The notes beneath the pieces are model-generated. The model saw only the letters and a program-made list of their open reading frames with translations. It was not told the DNA's origin and did not search any database. A DNA stretch of 60,274 nt from Escherichia phage phiG7: sequence record OQ791410.1. One strand, written 5' to 3'. Below are positions 1-10,021 of the stretch, one piece after another (the stretch's first letter is position 1; each line of letters begins with the position of its first letter). Both the position numbers and the translations under genes were made by a program.

Positions 1-127
1 TAAACCGCGTTTTGCTAACTTTATGCATTTCCGCGATGAAACTGATCAGGCTTTAGATTAAAAAGTAATTGAGGGTTCAAAGTATATTACGTTACAATGA
101 GCACGAACTTAAAAGAGAGGCGTTAAA
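1..127. repeat. 127-bp exact duplicate of window end (60148..60274); positions 1..61 are the 3' end of the DNA ligase CDS
   Basis: Positions 1-127 are identical to 60148-60274 by direct comparison; consistent with circular contig overlap or terminal redundancy. Confidence 0.9.
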
Positions 128-855
128 TGGCCATTGAAATTAAAATGTCTTCACAAGTAGTGCAAGACACAGGCGTTAAAATTCTGGTTTACGGTGAAGC
201 TGGTATGGGTAAAACCAGCCTTGTAGCCACACTACCTAAACCAATTTTGATCAGCGCAGAGTCCGGTCTGTTATCTATTGCAGCGGAAAACCTTAATCGC
301 GTTTATGGTAACATGGGATTGCCGATCGTTTATGACATTCCTGTTATCGAAGTTAAATGTCTGGAGGACGTTGAAGCTGCTTATCAGTGGTGTGTAACTC
401 CAGCTAACCAGCAGTATTTCGATTCTATTGCGCTTGACAGCTTGAGCGAAATTGCTGAACAATGTTTAAACAATGCGAAAAAAGGAACAAAAGATCCTCG
501 TCAAGCTTATGGTACTTTGCTTGAAAAGATGCAAGATCTGATCCGTAAATTTCGCGATATTCCTGGCAAACATGTTTATATGTCTGCTAAAATGGGCAAA
601 GACAAAGATGAAGTCTCCGGTGTTACCGCGTATGCTCCATCTATGCCTGGGTCCAAATTGGGGCAAATGCTCCCTTACTTCTTCGACGAAGTGTTTCGTC
701 TGAATGTAAATAAGGATCAGCAAGGTAACTCATATCGTTACTTGCAAACTCAACCGGACTTTAATACAATCGCTAAGGATCGTTCGGGACGTTTAGATGC
801 GGTTGAAGTCCCACACTTAGGTTCTGTTATCAACAAAATGAAAGGTATCAACTAA
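127..855 (+). CDS. Sak4-like RecA-family ATPase (single-strand annealing/recombination ATPase)
   Basis: Walker A GEAGMGKTS near N-terminus; RBS AGAGAGG upstream; adjacent to SSB-like gene. Confidence 0.6.
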   Translation: MAIEIKMSSQVVQDTGVKILVYGEAGMGKTSLVATLPKPILISAESGLLSIAAENLNRVYGNMGLPIVYDIPVIEVKCLEDVEAAYQWCVTPANQQYFDSIALDSLSEIAEQCLNNAKKGTKDPRQAYGTLLEKMQDLIRKFRDIPGKHVYMSAKMGKDKDEVSGVTAYAPSMPGSKLGQMLPYFFDEVFRLNVNKDQQGNSYRYLQTQPDFNTIAKDRSGRLDAVEVPHLGSVINKMKGIN

Positions 856-1736
856 TGACTATGCCAACTAATTTCCACTTTGACGCGAGCAGTTATCAAG
901 CACCTTCTTACGGCGCATTGCCGAAAGGTTGGTATAAAGCAGTAATTCAAGAATCTGAATTTAAACCGACCAAAAATGGCGGTATGGCGATCCAGGTAAC
1001 GTTCAGCATCATTGACGGTTTTGCTAAAGGTCGTAAAATCTTTGCTCGCTACAACGTCATCAATGACAATGAAGATACTGTGCGTATCGCTTACGAGCAA
1101 TTGGGCGCTCTGTCTCATGCAGTTGGTGTAATTCGCTGGGATACTCCTGCTCAACTGCATAACATTCCGCTGAACCTTCGTCTGAAAGTTCGTTCTCAGG
1201 AAGGTTATGAAGACAGCAACGAGCCGAACGGTTACGCTAACATCAACGATCCGGTTAAGTATGCAGAAAAAGCAGCAGAGGCTCCATCAATGGGCGCTCC
1301 AGCAGTAGCTAACCCGTTTGGTGCAGGTGCTCCAGCACAGCAGCCAGCATTCCCGGGCGCAGCACCACAGCAGCCAGCAGCTAACCCGTTTGCTCAGCAA
1401 CAGCAAGCACCTGTACAACAGCAAGCTCCGGTGCAGCAACAGCAGCCAGTTCAGCAGCCTGTGCAGCAACCAGCACCGCAGCAGGGCGCAGCAGCGCAAC
1501 CGTGGCAGAACGCCGCACCGCAGCCGTGGGATAATCCTGCTCAAAACGCAGCACCACAGCAGCCAGTTCAGCAATCTCCGGTACAACAGCCAGTAGCACC
1601 GGAAGCAGCTCAGCAGCCGTGGGCGCAGCAGGTAGCACAGCCGGGCCAGGCAGCAGCACCGCAACAGCAAGCGCAGCCACAGCAGCAAGCTGAACCGCAT
1701 CCGGCACAAGCAGCAGTCCCGCCGTGGCAGCAGTAA
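855..1736 (+). CDS. putative ssDNA-binding protein (DUF669-like) with Q/P/A-rich low-complexity C-terminal tail
   Basis: ATGA start/stop overlap with upstream ATPase; globular N-domain then repetitive QQPAxQQ tail; followed by terminator. Confidence 0.45.
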   Translation: MTMPTNFHFDASSYQAPSYGALPKGWYKAVIQESEFKPTKNGGMAIQVTFSIIDGFAKGRKIFARYNVINDNEDTVRIAYEQLGALSHAVGVIRWDTPAQLHNIPLNLRLKVRSQEGYEDSNEPNGYANINDPVKYAEKAAEAPSMGAPAVANPFGAGAPAQQPAFPGAAPQQPAANPFAQQQQAPVQQQAPVQQQQPVQQPVQQPAPQQGAAAQPWQNAAPQPWDNPAQNAAPQQPVQQSPVQQPVAPEAAQQPWAQQVAQPGQAAAPQQQAQPQQQAEPHPAQAAVPPWQQ

Positions 1737-1762
1737 GTTAACCCTCCCTCTGTAGTGTCCCT

Positions 1763-1790
1763 AAGCCGTCGAAAGACGGCTTATTTTTCT
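1763..1790 (+). terminator. rho-independent terminator
   Basis: Hairpin AAGCCGTC-GAAA-GACGGCTT followed by ATTTTTCT. Confidence 0.7.
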
Positions 1791-1801
1791 AAGGTACTCC
1801 A

Positions 1802-2710
1802 ATGGCTATTTATATTGCAGAAAAAACACTTCAAGCAATCAATGACGGTGTGCAAAAAGATCAGGGTGGGACTTACCGTAAGTATCTTGGCGTAGTCATT
1901 CCCACAATTGAAGACGCATATCGCCCCGAAAGCGGAAACCGCAGCCACTTAGGCGCTTCCCTTATTGGACAACAATGTGCTCGCAAGCTGTTCTACGGAT
2001 ATCGCTGGGCTACGCGTAAAGAGTTCGATGGACGCCAGCTCCGCCTATTTAACCGCGGACATCTGGAAGAAGCGCGTTTCATTGCTATGCTTCTTGCGGC
2101 AGGTATGCAGGTCTACCAGCAGGATGAAAACGGACACCAGTTCCGCATCAGCGAAGCGGGTGGACACTTTGGCGGTTCCTGCGATGGTGTGGTTATAGGT
2201 TGTCCGGACGTTCAGCCTGGAATGCCTGTGCTTACTGAAATGAAGACCCACAACGATAAGTCTTTCAAGAAGCTGAAAGCTAAAGGTGTCAAAGAAGCTA
2301 AACCTGAGCACTATGTGCAGATGAACGTGTACATGCGAAAGCTTGGACTTGGTGCAGCGTTATATCTTGCTGTAAACAAGAACGATGATGAAGTTTACGC
2401 AGAAATTATTCCATTTGATCCTGTCACTGCGGATATGTATATTGATCGTGGTGTGCAGATTGCTATTGCTACGGATATTCCTGACCGTGCATTCAAAGAC
2501 TCTACCTTCTTCGAATGCAAATGGTGCGACCACTCCTCATTGTGCTGGCGTAAAACTATGCCGGAAGTAAACTGTCGCACATGTCAATTTCTTGAGCCAA
2601 AAGATGATGGAACATGGTATTGCAATTTCCATTCCGTTGCAGTAGATACGCAGGGTCAAAAAGTTGGTTGTCAAAACTATCAAGTAGCTAACTATTACGG
2701 GAAAGATTGA
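1802..2710 (+). CDS. PD-(D/E)xK exonuclease, Cas4/RecB-like with C-terminal Cys cluster
   Basis: Motif D...EMK (CDGVV...LTEMKTH) and four C-terminal cysteines (CKWCDHSSLC...CRTC). Confidence 0.55.
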   Translation: MAIYIAEKTLQAINDGVQKDQGGTYRKYLGVVIPTIEDAYRPESGNRSHLGASLIGQQCARKLFYGYRWATRKEFDGRQLRLFNRGHLEEARFIAMLLAAGMQVYQQDENGHQFRISEAGGHFGGSCDGVVIGCPDVQPGMPVLTEMKTHNDKSFKKLKAKGVKEAKPEHYVQMNVYMRKLGLGAALYLAVNKNDDEVYAEIIPFDPVTADMYIDRGVQIAIATDIPDRAFKDSTFFECKWCDHSSLCWRKTMPEVNCRTCQFLEPKDDGTWYCNFHSVAVDTQGQKVGCQNYQVANYYGKD

Positions 2711-2712
2711 TT

Positions 2713-4689
2713 ATGCAGCTCCGCGATTATCAACAGGAAGCAGTTTATAGCGTATTCCGCTATTTTGATGCTGAAAAGGGTAACGCGGGGAACCCTTTGA
2801 TCCTGTTACCAACAGGGACAGGAAAATCGCTCGTTATCGCGGGGTTCCTCGATCTGCTTTATAAATGGTATCCAAACCAGCGCGTAATGATGTTAACTCA
2901 CGTCAAAGAGTTAATTGCACAAAACTATGATAAATTAATGAAAGTCTGGCCGGAAGCGCCAGCAGGTATTTACAGCGCAGGTTTGAAGCGTAAAGAAGTT
3001 TATAATCTTATCACATTTGCGGGGATTGCATCTGTTGCTAAGCATCCTAAAAAGTTTGGCAAGGTTGATCTAATCTTTGTGGATGAAGCGCACCTTATTA
3101 GTCCGCGTGATGCAACAATGTATAAGAAGTTCTTTGCAGCATTGCGTGAAGTTAACCCGTATTTAAAAATTATCGGTCTTACCGCTACACCTTATCGACT
3201 GGGTTACGGCTCAATTGTTAAGGAAAACGAAGACGATGATGCTTTATTTGATAAAGTAACGTTTGATGCGACTACCCCTGAAGCCTTTAACTGGTTCCTG
3301 GAGCAAGGTTATTTGCTTCCGGTTGTGCCAAAGCGTACAAAGATGGAACTGGACCTCAATGGTGTAGGGAAACGCGGTGGTGAGTTTATTCAAAGTGAGC
3401 TGCAAAGTGCGGTGAACCGCGACGACGCAACACTCCGCGCACTTGAGGAAGCCATTGAATGTGGTGAAGACCGTCAAAGCTGGCTTATATTTTGTTCTGG
3501 TATTGAACACGCTAAAGATGCGTGTGATATGCTGAACGATATGGGTATTAGTTGCGGATGTATTCACTCAAAGCTTGATGCAAAAGAGCGTGATGAAATT
3601 ATTGAAAAATTCAAGCGTGGAGAGTTTCGAGCGCTGACGAACAACAACGTCTTAACCACAGGTTTCGACCATCCGATGCTTGATCTAATTATCATGCTTC
3701 GCCCCACTGCCTCGGCGGTGCTATGGGTTCAGATGTTGGGTCGCGGTACGCGTCCGGTATATGCGGAGGGCTTTGATCTTTCCACGCAGGAAGGTCGCTT
3801 GCAAGCTATTGCAGCAAGCCCTAAGCAGAACTGCCTTGTACTGGATTTCAGCGGTAATACGCGTCGTTTGGGCCCTATTAACGACCCTGTTAAACCCAAG
3901 CGACCGGGCGAAAAAGGTGCTGGTACTGCTCCGGTTAAAGAATGCGATGTGTGCGGGTCGTATAATCATGCATCTGCTCGCTATTGCGGTGGCTTTGCAC
4001 CAATTCCTATGGACAGCGTTACACAGGAACAAGTTCAACAATTATATTTGAAGGGATTCAGACTACGTGGAACGGATTATGTTAAAGAAGGATTTTGCGG
4101 TCATGAGTTTAAGTTCCAGACGAAACTTAAAAAGGCAGCAAGTACCGAAGCACTGATCAAACAGGACATTCCGGTAGTTGAAGACTTCAAAGTTACGCAT
4201 GTGACTTATGCGAAGCACACTAAACGCAATGACAGCTCCAAACCTCCAACAATGAAGGTGACTTATTATTGCGGTAGTAAAATATTCAGCGAATGGGTAG
4301 CTCTACTTCATGGTGACTGGGCAGGTCGTAAAGCGGTTGCATGGTGGAAGAAAAGGACGCATCTTCCTTTACCACAAACTATTGAAGAAGCTCTTGATGT
4401 TGCTGCAATGCTTAAAACACCGAAATACATCAAAGTTCATACCAATAAGAAATGGCCTGAGATATTGAACTATGATTATGATGGTACGTGTTTCGGTAAG
4501 TTTGAAGCACCGCAGGACGACGAAGCTATTCAAGTTAAAGTATACGGGCAGGATGGAACAACCGAAGGTCCAAGCTATAACGATGATGTGAGCTGGGATG
4601 ATATTGTTTCGCAGAATACGCAAGGTATAACGGTGAACAATGTGGTTAATCCTGTGCAAGTAGATGATCCGGATTACGTTCCGTTCTAA
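2713..4689 (+). CDS. SF2 DEAH-box DNA helicase with C-terminal zinc-ribbon extension
   Basis: Walker A PTGTGKS, DEAH box (FVDEAHL), LTATP motif; CDVCGSYNHASARYC downstream; ATG at 2713 preferred over TTG at 2707. Confidence 0.7.
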   Translation: MQLRDYQQEAVYSVFRYFDAEKGNAGNPLILLPTGTGKSLVIAGFLDLLYKWYPNQRVMMLTHVKELIAQNYDKLMKVWPEAPAGIYSAGLKRKEVYNLITFAGIASVAKHPKKFGKVDLIFVDEAHLISPRDATMYKKFFAALREVNPYLKIIGLTATPYRLGYGSIVKENEDDDALFDKVTFDATTPEAFNWFLEQGYLLPVVPKRTKMELDLNGVGKRGGEFIQSELQSAVNRDDATLRALEEAIECGEDRQSWLIFCSGIEHAKDACDMLNDMGISCGCIHSKLDAKERDEIIEKFKRGEFRALTNNNVLTTGFDHPMLDLIIMLRPTASAVLWVQMLGRGTRPVYAEGFDLSTQEGRLQAIAASPKQNCLVLDFSGNTRRLGPINDPVKPKRPGEKGAGTAPVKECDVCGSYNHASARYCGGFAPIPMDSVTQEQVQQLYLKGFRLRGTDYVKEGFCGHEFKFQTKLKKAASTEALIKQDIPVVEDFKVTHVTYAKHTKRNDSSKPPTMKVTYYCGSKIFSEWVALLHGDWAGRKAVAWWKKRTHLPLPQTIEEALDVAAMLKTPKYIKVHTNKKWPEILNYDYDGTCFGKFEAPQDDEAIQVKVYGQDGTTEGPSYNDDVSWDDIVSQNTQGITVNNVVNPVQVDDPDYVPF

Positions 4690-4704
4690 TTGACTTCAAC
4701 ATCT

Positions 4705-4740
4705 AATGCCCCTACTATTGGGGCATTACTTATTTATAGG
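4705..4740 (+). terminator. rho-independent terminator
   Basis: Hairpin AATGCCCC-TACTATT-GGGGCATT followed by T-rich tract. Confidence 0.65.
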
Positions 4741-4748
4741 GGATTGCA

Positions 4749-5252
4749 ATGTACGTCCTAATTGATACAGATAAATTTGAACTCTTGGCAAAGCATCCCA
4801 ATTGGCTGACACTACACCAACTTGGAATTATTTGTTGCCCTGAGTCAACACTGGTAACACCAGTAGACGATTTACACGATCTTGAAGATGTTGATCTTCA
4901 AATGCTTTATATTAACTTGACAGAAAACTTAGGAGCTGCACCTTATGAACGGGAAATCGTTGAGCGCATTTTGTTTGATTACTTTACGCAACTTCCAGAA
5001 ACAATCATGGATCACGCCCAAATCAGCGCACAAGCCGAATTCTGTGTGGAATACGATATCCAAGGCTTTTGCTCACCTCAAATTGGGCAATACGTTCCGT
5101 CAATGGATGAAGGACTTTGGAAACCTGTCCGTGTCAAATACGATGCTGAACGGGAGGGTGGTATTATTTCCGGTGCCAGGGTCGTTTGTGAGCGACCCGC
5201 ATTGCAAGCTACATGGACGCCGGGCAGAGGGCAAAGAGCTAGTAAGTTCTAA
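4749..5252 (+). CDS. hypothetical protein
   Basis: 167-aa ORF with RBS AGGGGA upstream; no recognisable motif. Confidence 0.4.
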   Translation: MYVLIDTDKFELLAKHPNWLTLHQLGIICCPESTLVTPVDDLHDLEDVDLQMLYINLTENLGAAPYEREIVERILFDYFTQLPETIMDHAQISAQAEFCVEYDIQGFCSPQIGQYVPSMDEGLWKPVRVKYDAEREGGIISGARVVCERPALQATWTPGRGQRASKF

Positions 5253-5360
5253 GCTTGATCAAAAATATTTTTAAAAATGTTCAGATAAGGGGTTGCGTGT
5301 CACAAAATCCTTTGGTACATTTAACCCCGTTGGTAACAAACGAACCCATAACAATTCGGA

Positions 5361-6173
5361 GTGAAGAGAATGAGCAACATTGAAGACAAAAAAGCCGCTG
5401 CCGCTGCTGCCGCTGCTGCCGCTGCAAAATCTGCTAAACCTGCAAAGAAAGAAGCTACTGTGAATGATGCAGAAGCTAAGAAAGCCGCTGCTGCTGAAGC
5501 TGCACGCGTAGCAAAAGAGAAAAAAGAAGCAGAGAAAAAAGCTGCCGCTGAAAAGAAACAAGCTGAAATCCGCACTGAAGCGGAAAACAAATTTAATGCG
5601 ATTGCTAACGCTGCTGAAATCCTGAAAAACTCTTTGGCTACCGTCACCGACGAAAGTACTGTTGAACAAATCACGGAAGCAGAAACTCAGGGATCTGCAA
5701 ACCTGAAGACCATTAAAGAAGCTCTGAAAGAGCTGAAAGCTGTCGTTAAGAAGTCTAAAGGTGAAGACCTGTCCGGTGCTGTAACTTCTGCCCAGGGTCT
5801 GGTGGATGGTCTGGAAGCTACTATTAAAGGCTTCAAAGACAAGATCCGTGCTGCAAAACAGGCAGAAAAAGAAGCGGAAAAAGCACGCGCTAAAGAGCTT
5901 CGTGAGAAAGAAAAAGAAGCTAACCGTATGCCGGAACAGAACGGTGTTCGCCGTCCGCAACCGGAAACTTCCTGCGGTCGTGCCTGGGCTCTGATGGACC
6001 AGATTAGCGCTACGCTGGGTCAGCCTGCTCCGATCTCTTATGTTCTGAACCTGGCTGGTCGACATGGTCTGAACGAAGATACCGTTAAAACCCAGTATGC
6101 ACGCTGGAAGAAATTTAATGGTGTGACTGGTCGCGTACCTGTACCAGTACCGGAAGCCCTGAACGGCTTGTAA
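5361..6173 (+). CDS. Ala/Lys-rich coiled-coil protein with poly-Ala run (histone H1-like composition)
   Basis: RBS GGAG upstream; 12 consecutive Ala encoded by GCCGCTGCT-type 9-bp repeats; AEKKAAAEKK repeats; followed by terminator. Confidence 0.5.
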   Translation: MKRMSNIEDKKAAAAAAAAAAAKSAKPAKKEATVNDAEAKKAAAAEAARVAKEKKEAEKKAAAEKKQAEIRTEAENKFNAIANAAEILKNSLATVTDESTVEQITEAETQGSANLKTIKEALKELKAVVKKSKGEDLSGAVTSAQGLVDGLEATIKGFKDKIRAAKQAEKEAEKARAKELREKEKEANRMPEQNGVRRPQPETSCGRAWALMDQISATLGQPAPISYVLNLAGRHGLNEDTVKTQYARWKKFNGVTGRVPVPVPEALNGL

Positions 6174-6198
6174 TATCAAAACATATCACGTTATAATG

Positions 6199-6227
6199 AA
6201 AGCGCCCAATGAGGCGCTTTCTTTTTC
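6199..6227 (+). terminator. rho-independent terminator
   Basis: Hairpin AAAGCGCC-CAATGA-GGCGCTTT then CTTTTTC. Confidence 0.7.
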
Positions 6228-6242
6228 ACTGGAGGATTTAAG

Positions 6243-6950
6243 ATGAGTATTAATCAACAAGCTCCCGAGTCTCGTTCTAAAGAAAACGATATGTATTTAG
6301 ACGTGCATTCGGTATTCTCTACCATTCAGGGTGAAGGTCCATTCTGCGGTCAACCTGCGGTATTTGTGCGCCTTGCTGGATGTAACCTGCAATGCCCGGG
6401 CTGCGACACGGATTATACTGTTGGTCGTTCTCTTTATCACATTGTTGATATCATGCGCTTGATTGAAAGCCGCAAACTGGAGTCTGGCAATAACACCTCA
6501 CTTGTGGTTATTACTGGGGGTGAACCATTCCGTCAGCAAATTAACCCGTTTGTTGAACAACTGTTATCACGCGGGTATCTTGTGCAGATTGAAACGAATG
6601 GGTCTATGCCTTTACCTAAGAACTTTTCCCAGCTACCTGTCATTGTATGCAGTCCTAAGACTTCAAAAATTCATCCTACTGTGCTGTACCGAGCAAACGC
6701 ATTTAAATATGTGCTTAAAGCGTGCTGTGTAAACGTGGAAGACGGTTTACCGCTTCAGGCATTAGATCATCAAGCTACGCCATTTATCGCTAGACCTCCG
6801 AAGGGGTTCAAGGGTAAGATATATTTACAGCCAATGGACGAGCAGGATGAAGATCTTAACCACAGTAACATCCAAGCGGTTGTCCAAAGCTGTATGAAAC
6901 ACGGGTACACGTTGCAGCTTCAGGTTCACAAATATATCGGGGTGGAATAA
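6243..6950 (+). CDS. queE: 7-carboxy-7-deazaguanine synthase (radical SAM)
   Basis: Radical-SAM CxxxCxxC motif (GCNLQCPGCDT) and QGEG motif; RBS GGAGG. Confidence 0.75.
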   Translation: MSINQQAPESRSKENDMYLDVHSVFSTIQGEGPFCGQPAVFVRLAGCNLQCPGCDTDYTVGRSLYHIVDIMRLIESRKLESGNNTSLVVITGGEPFRQQINPFVEQLLSRGYLVQIETNGSMPLPKNFSQLPVIVCSPKTSKIHPTVLYRANAFKYVLKACCVNVEDGLPLQALDHQATPFIARPPKGFKGKIYLQPMDEQDEDLNHSNIQAVVQSCMKHGYTLQLQVHKYIGVE

Positions 6951-7249
6951 TGCGTGTATTAAGTCAGGTTGTGCATACTAAAGAAGTTGAATACTTTGGT
7001 AATAAGCTTGATGTCCCTGAATGGGTACGGTGGTTGGCTACGGATCAAGACGGTACAGTTTACGGATTCGAGTATGAGCCAACGTTGATGGACAGTCAAA
7101 CTAAATGGACATCATACTGGGAAGATGATAACTTTTGTGAAATGGCAGAAGTTGACCTTGAAGGTATGGATTATAAACAAACATTAGTGAAGGTGAAAAG
7201 AAATGATCACTTTGGAAGAAGCGAAACAGCATCAGGAAATGATCACTGA
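6950..7249 (+). CDS. hypothetical protein
   Basis: 99-aa ORF, ATGA-type coupling to queE. Confidence 0.35.
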   Translation: MRVLSQVVHTKEVEYFGNKLDVPEWVRWLATDQDGTVYGFEYEPTLMDSQTKWTSYWEDDNFCEMAEVDLEGMDYKQTLVKVKRNDHFGRSETASGNDH

Positions 7250-7415
7250 GCTGGTAGAAAAACTTAATTCTGCAATTGCTCACGCTACTATGCAGGGCGT
7301 GCATGTAGAATTAGATATTAATCACGTTAGTACAATCGGGGCACGCAATCATCCAATTGTGATGTCAAACGTAACAATCAACCCTTGTGATATTAAAGGT
7401 GTAGAAGATGAATGA
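7203..7415 (+). CDS. hypothetical small protein (paralogue of next ORF)
   Basis: RBS AAGGTGA; sequence pattern similar to 7408..7596 product. Confidence 0.35.
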   Translation: MITLEEAKQHQEMITELVEKLNSAIAHATMQGVHVELDINHVSTIGARNHPIVMSNVTINPCDIKGVEDE

Positions 7416-7596
7416 AGAAACTGTAATTCTTATGCAGAAAATTCAACGTTTGCAAGACGAGTTGAATGACGCTATCTGTCGTGCTGCATCCAAGAACATA
7501 CATTCGGAGCTTGAGATTCATAAGCGTCAGATGACATCTGATGATGTAGTTGAACAAGTAGTCGTTAACCTTAATATTAGCCTTAAAGGTTTCTAA
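7408..7596 (+). CDS. hypothetical small protein
   Basis: 62-aa ORF overlapping previous by 8 nt. Confidence 0.35.
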   Translation: MNEETVILMQKIQRLQDELNDAICRAASKNIHSELEIHKRQMTSDDVVEQVVVNLNISLKGF

Positions 7597-7597
7597 A

Positions 7598-8320
7598 ATG
7601 AATAAATTAGATAAACTGGTATTCCCTGTAAAAAATCATAACTCCGCCGTTGTCGTCCTGTCTGGCGGCCAGGACAGCGTAACCTGTTTGGGCCTTGCCC
7701 TTAATAACTATGATAAGGTCTACGCTATTGGTTTTGCATACGGTCAACGTCATAACATTGAGCTGGCTTGTGCTAATCAAATTTGTAAAGAGCACGATGT
7801 CCCATTTGTTGTCTTTGAATTACCTGCTTTGAAACAGATTGGCAATAGCACTTTAATCGGGAACGAAGGTGATGTTAACGAACATCACGAACAGCACAAC
7901 AACCTTCCGGCAAGCTTTGTGCCAAACCGTAATGCGCTTTTCCTGACTACTGCGCACGCCTACGCGCAGAAAGTTGGCGCCAGATATGTGGTTACAGGCG
8001 TGTGTGAAACAGACTATAGCGGTTATCCAGATTGCCGCCAGCAGTTTGTAGACCTGCTTGAAGCTACATTAAACGTTGGATATGAAACTGATATTCATTT
8101 TGTTACACCGCTTATGCGTTTAAACAAAGCGGAAACGTTTGAGCTGGCGGATAAGGTTGGCTTCTTAACCACAGTAATTGAACAGTCCCATACTTGCTAT
8201 AACGGCGTCCGTCGCACTCTGCATGACTGGGGATATGGCTGCGGGGAATGCCCTGCGTGCAAACTTCGTGCTAAAGGGTACAGTGAATTTATGGATAACG
8301 CTTACAGTAAACACGTTTGA
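7598..8320 (+). CDS. queC: 7-cyano-7-deazaguanine (preQ0) synthase
   Basis: PP-loop SGGQDS motif, VTGVCETDYSGYPDC block, C-terminal zinc site CYNG...CGECPAC. Confidence 0.85.
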   Translation: MNKLDKLVFPVKNHNSAVVVLSGGQDSVTCLGLALNNYDKVYAIGFAYGQRHNIELACANQICKEHDVPFVVFELPALKQIGNSTLIGNEGDVNEHHEQHNNLPASFVPNRNALFLTTAHAYAQKVGARYVVTGVCETDYSGYPDCRQQFVDLLEATLNVGYETDIHFVTPLMRLNKAETFELADKVGFLTTVIEQSHTCYNGVRRTLHDWGYGCGECPACKLRAKGYSEFMDNAYSKHV

Positions 8321-8440
8321 TCTTACCGCGAAAACCGCACCGCTAGCGCATTGTTTAGGGTGCGGGAACCCAACTATACTACTAAAGCTTTTAAACCCAA
8401 CAACCAGCGAATACCGCTGTTAAAACTGGAGAACAAAAGT

Positions 8441-8920
8441 ATGAAATTTATCGTCGCTTATTTGGCTGCAATTACATTCGTAAACCTGGGCTTTTCCTAC
8501 CTTCCAATGCTTAACACGCCTCTTGGCGTGGTCCCGATGATGGCTTTCTTTGTAGGTATTATCTTTGTTCTGCGTGATTACGCACAGCGTAACGCTGGCA
8601 AAGGCGTCATCCCTGCAATGATTGTAGGTTGTATCCTTAGCTGGGTGTTCGGAGATCCTGCTGTTGTAGTTGCATCCGTTGCATCCTTTGCTCTTAGCGA
8701 GTTTGCGGATTATGCGGTATACACGATTACTAAGAAGCCTTTCCATCAACGCGTATTTATCAGCTCTTTGGTAGCTGTACCGATTGACTCCATTGTGTTC
8801 TTAAGTATTATAGGTATTGTTAATCCGGGATCAATGGTAGCAATGAGCTTAAGTAAGTTCACAGCATCTGCCATCCTTTGGGTCGTTTACGAAGTTCATT
8901 CACGTACAGCGAGAGCGTAA
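8441..8920 (+). CDS. small multi-pass membrane protein, possibly YhhQ/VUT-family queuosine-precursor transporter-like
   Basis: Several hydrophobic helices; embedded in deazaguanine cluster; start at MKFIV (RBS GGAG) preferred over 8351. Confidence 0.4.
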   Translation: MKFIVAYLAAITFVNLGFSYLPMLNTPLGVVPMMAFFVGIIFVLRDYAQRNAGKGVIPAMIVGCILSWVFGDPAVVVASVASFALSEFADYAVYTITKKPFHQRVFISSLVAVPIDSIVFLSIIGIVNPGSMVAMSLSKFTASAILWVVYEVHSRTARA

Positions 8921-8921
8921 A

Positions 8922-9479
8922 ATGAAAGATAATTTGAATAAAATTTGGCACCAACACGACGGTAAAGGAATGCCTATTTTTCTTCGTAATGAGAAGTTTG
9001 AAGTTCGTTTGCGCAACGGTACACACGTTAAGAATCTATTACATGGATGGGATTGGGCTATAGAAGGGCGTTCAGCTATGGATGAGGATAGCCCTTATAA
9101 AATTCAAGATATTATAGCCTGGCGATATATCGTTGCGGATGATTACGTCAAACAATCTATTGAAGCAAATTTGCCCGATTGGAGAACTGATAAAACCGCA
9201 ATTTTTACCAAATATGAACCATCTAAAATTCCCATGAATAAATATCAGAAAATTATTTATGGTAAAGATCAAAACGGCAATGTTGTAAAATGCATCGTGG
9301 ACGTGTATGATGTCTTGGAAGCTTGGAAAACAACTAACCCAGCTTTACAACATTTAATTAAAAAGGCGTTGCAGCTGGGCGAACGCGGTCATAAAAGTCT
9401 GGTAGAAGATTTGAAAGACATTATTGCGTCCGCACAGCGTGCATTAGAAATTGAACAGTCTAAAGAGGTATCAAAATGA
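8922..9479 (+). CDS. hypothetical protein
   Basis: 185-aa ORF, RBS GAGAG. Confidence 0.4.
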   Translation: MKDNLNKIWHQHDGKGMPIFLRNEKFEVRLRNGTHVKNLLHGWDWAIEGRSAMDEDSPYKIQDIIAWRYIVADDYVKQSIEANLPDWRTDKTAIFTKYEPSKIPMNKYQKIIYGKDQNGNVVKCIVDVYDVLEAWKTTNPALQHLIKKALQLGERGHKSLVEDLKDIIASAQRALEIEQSKEVSK

Positions 9480-9985
9480 GCTATACAGTAATTCGTTCAC
9501 ATGAAATTTGCGCCGGGCATCGTGTTGTAGGTCACGAAAGCAAATGTCGCCACCTCCACGGTCACAACTATAAGTTTCACTTTAAGGTTGCTCCGAAGCA
9601 TGGATGCGGAAAAGTAGTGACACGAGGAAAGCTGATTGAGGACGGTCTGGACAGCGTTGGGCGCGTGATCGACTTTAGTGTGGTTAAAACTACACTCTGC
9701 CAGTGGTTGGAAGATAATTGGGATCATAAATTTTTAGCCTTTGAAAAAGATCCTATGATTAAAGCGTTATATTACGCAACACCAAAGGACATTAATGCAA
9801 CGTTTAACGATATGTATACATTCCAACAATCCGTTGTATTTTTACCTTTCAACCCAACTGCGGAAAACCTAGCTGCATATATGGTTGAAGTAATTGGTCC
9901 GCTACTGCTTGACGAGCATGGTGTTCAACTTGTAGAATGCACCATCGAAGAAACTTCGAAATGTCACGTAAACTATAGCCTGTAA
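9476..9985 (+). CDS. queD: 6-carboxy-5,6,7,8-tetrahydropterin synthase
   Basis: CxxxHxH-type motif (CAGHRVVGHESKCRHLHGHNY) typical of QueD/PTPS. Confidence 0.75.
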   Translation: MSYTVIRSHEICAGHRVVGHESKCRHLHGHNYKFHFKVAPKHGCGKVVTRGKLIEDGLDSVGRVIDFSVVKTTLCQWLEDNWDHKFLAFEKDPMIKALYYATPKDINATFNDMYTFQQSVVFLPFNPTAENLAAYMVEVIGPLLLDEHGVQLVECTIEETSKCHVNYSL

Positions 9986-10021
9986 GTATGACCACATTAA
10001 CAAACAAGGAAACTGCAAACC

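Noticed and set aside
1-127. Biological direct terminal repeat
   Set aside because: Exact 127-bp length equals a common assembler k-mer and the duplication cuts through a CDS; more likely a circular-assembly overlap. Not excluded.
1287-1709. Minus-strand ORFs (140 and 108 aa) and plus ORF 1318..1596
   Set aside because: They lie within the Q/P/A-rich repeat tail of the SSB-like gene; the compositions (Leu/Arg/Cys-rich) are shadow frames of CAG/CCG repeats.
5271-6179. 302-aa minus-strand ORF
   Set aside because: Antisense to the Ala/Lys-rich gene; the F/S/C-rich low-complexity product is just the complement of GCN/AAR repeats; no RBS.
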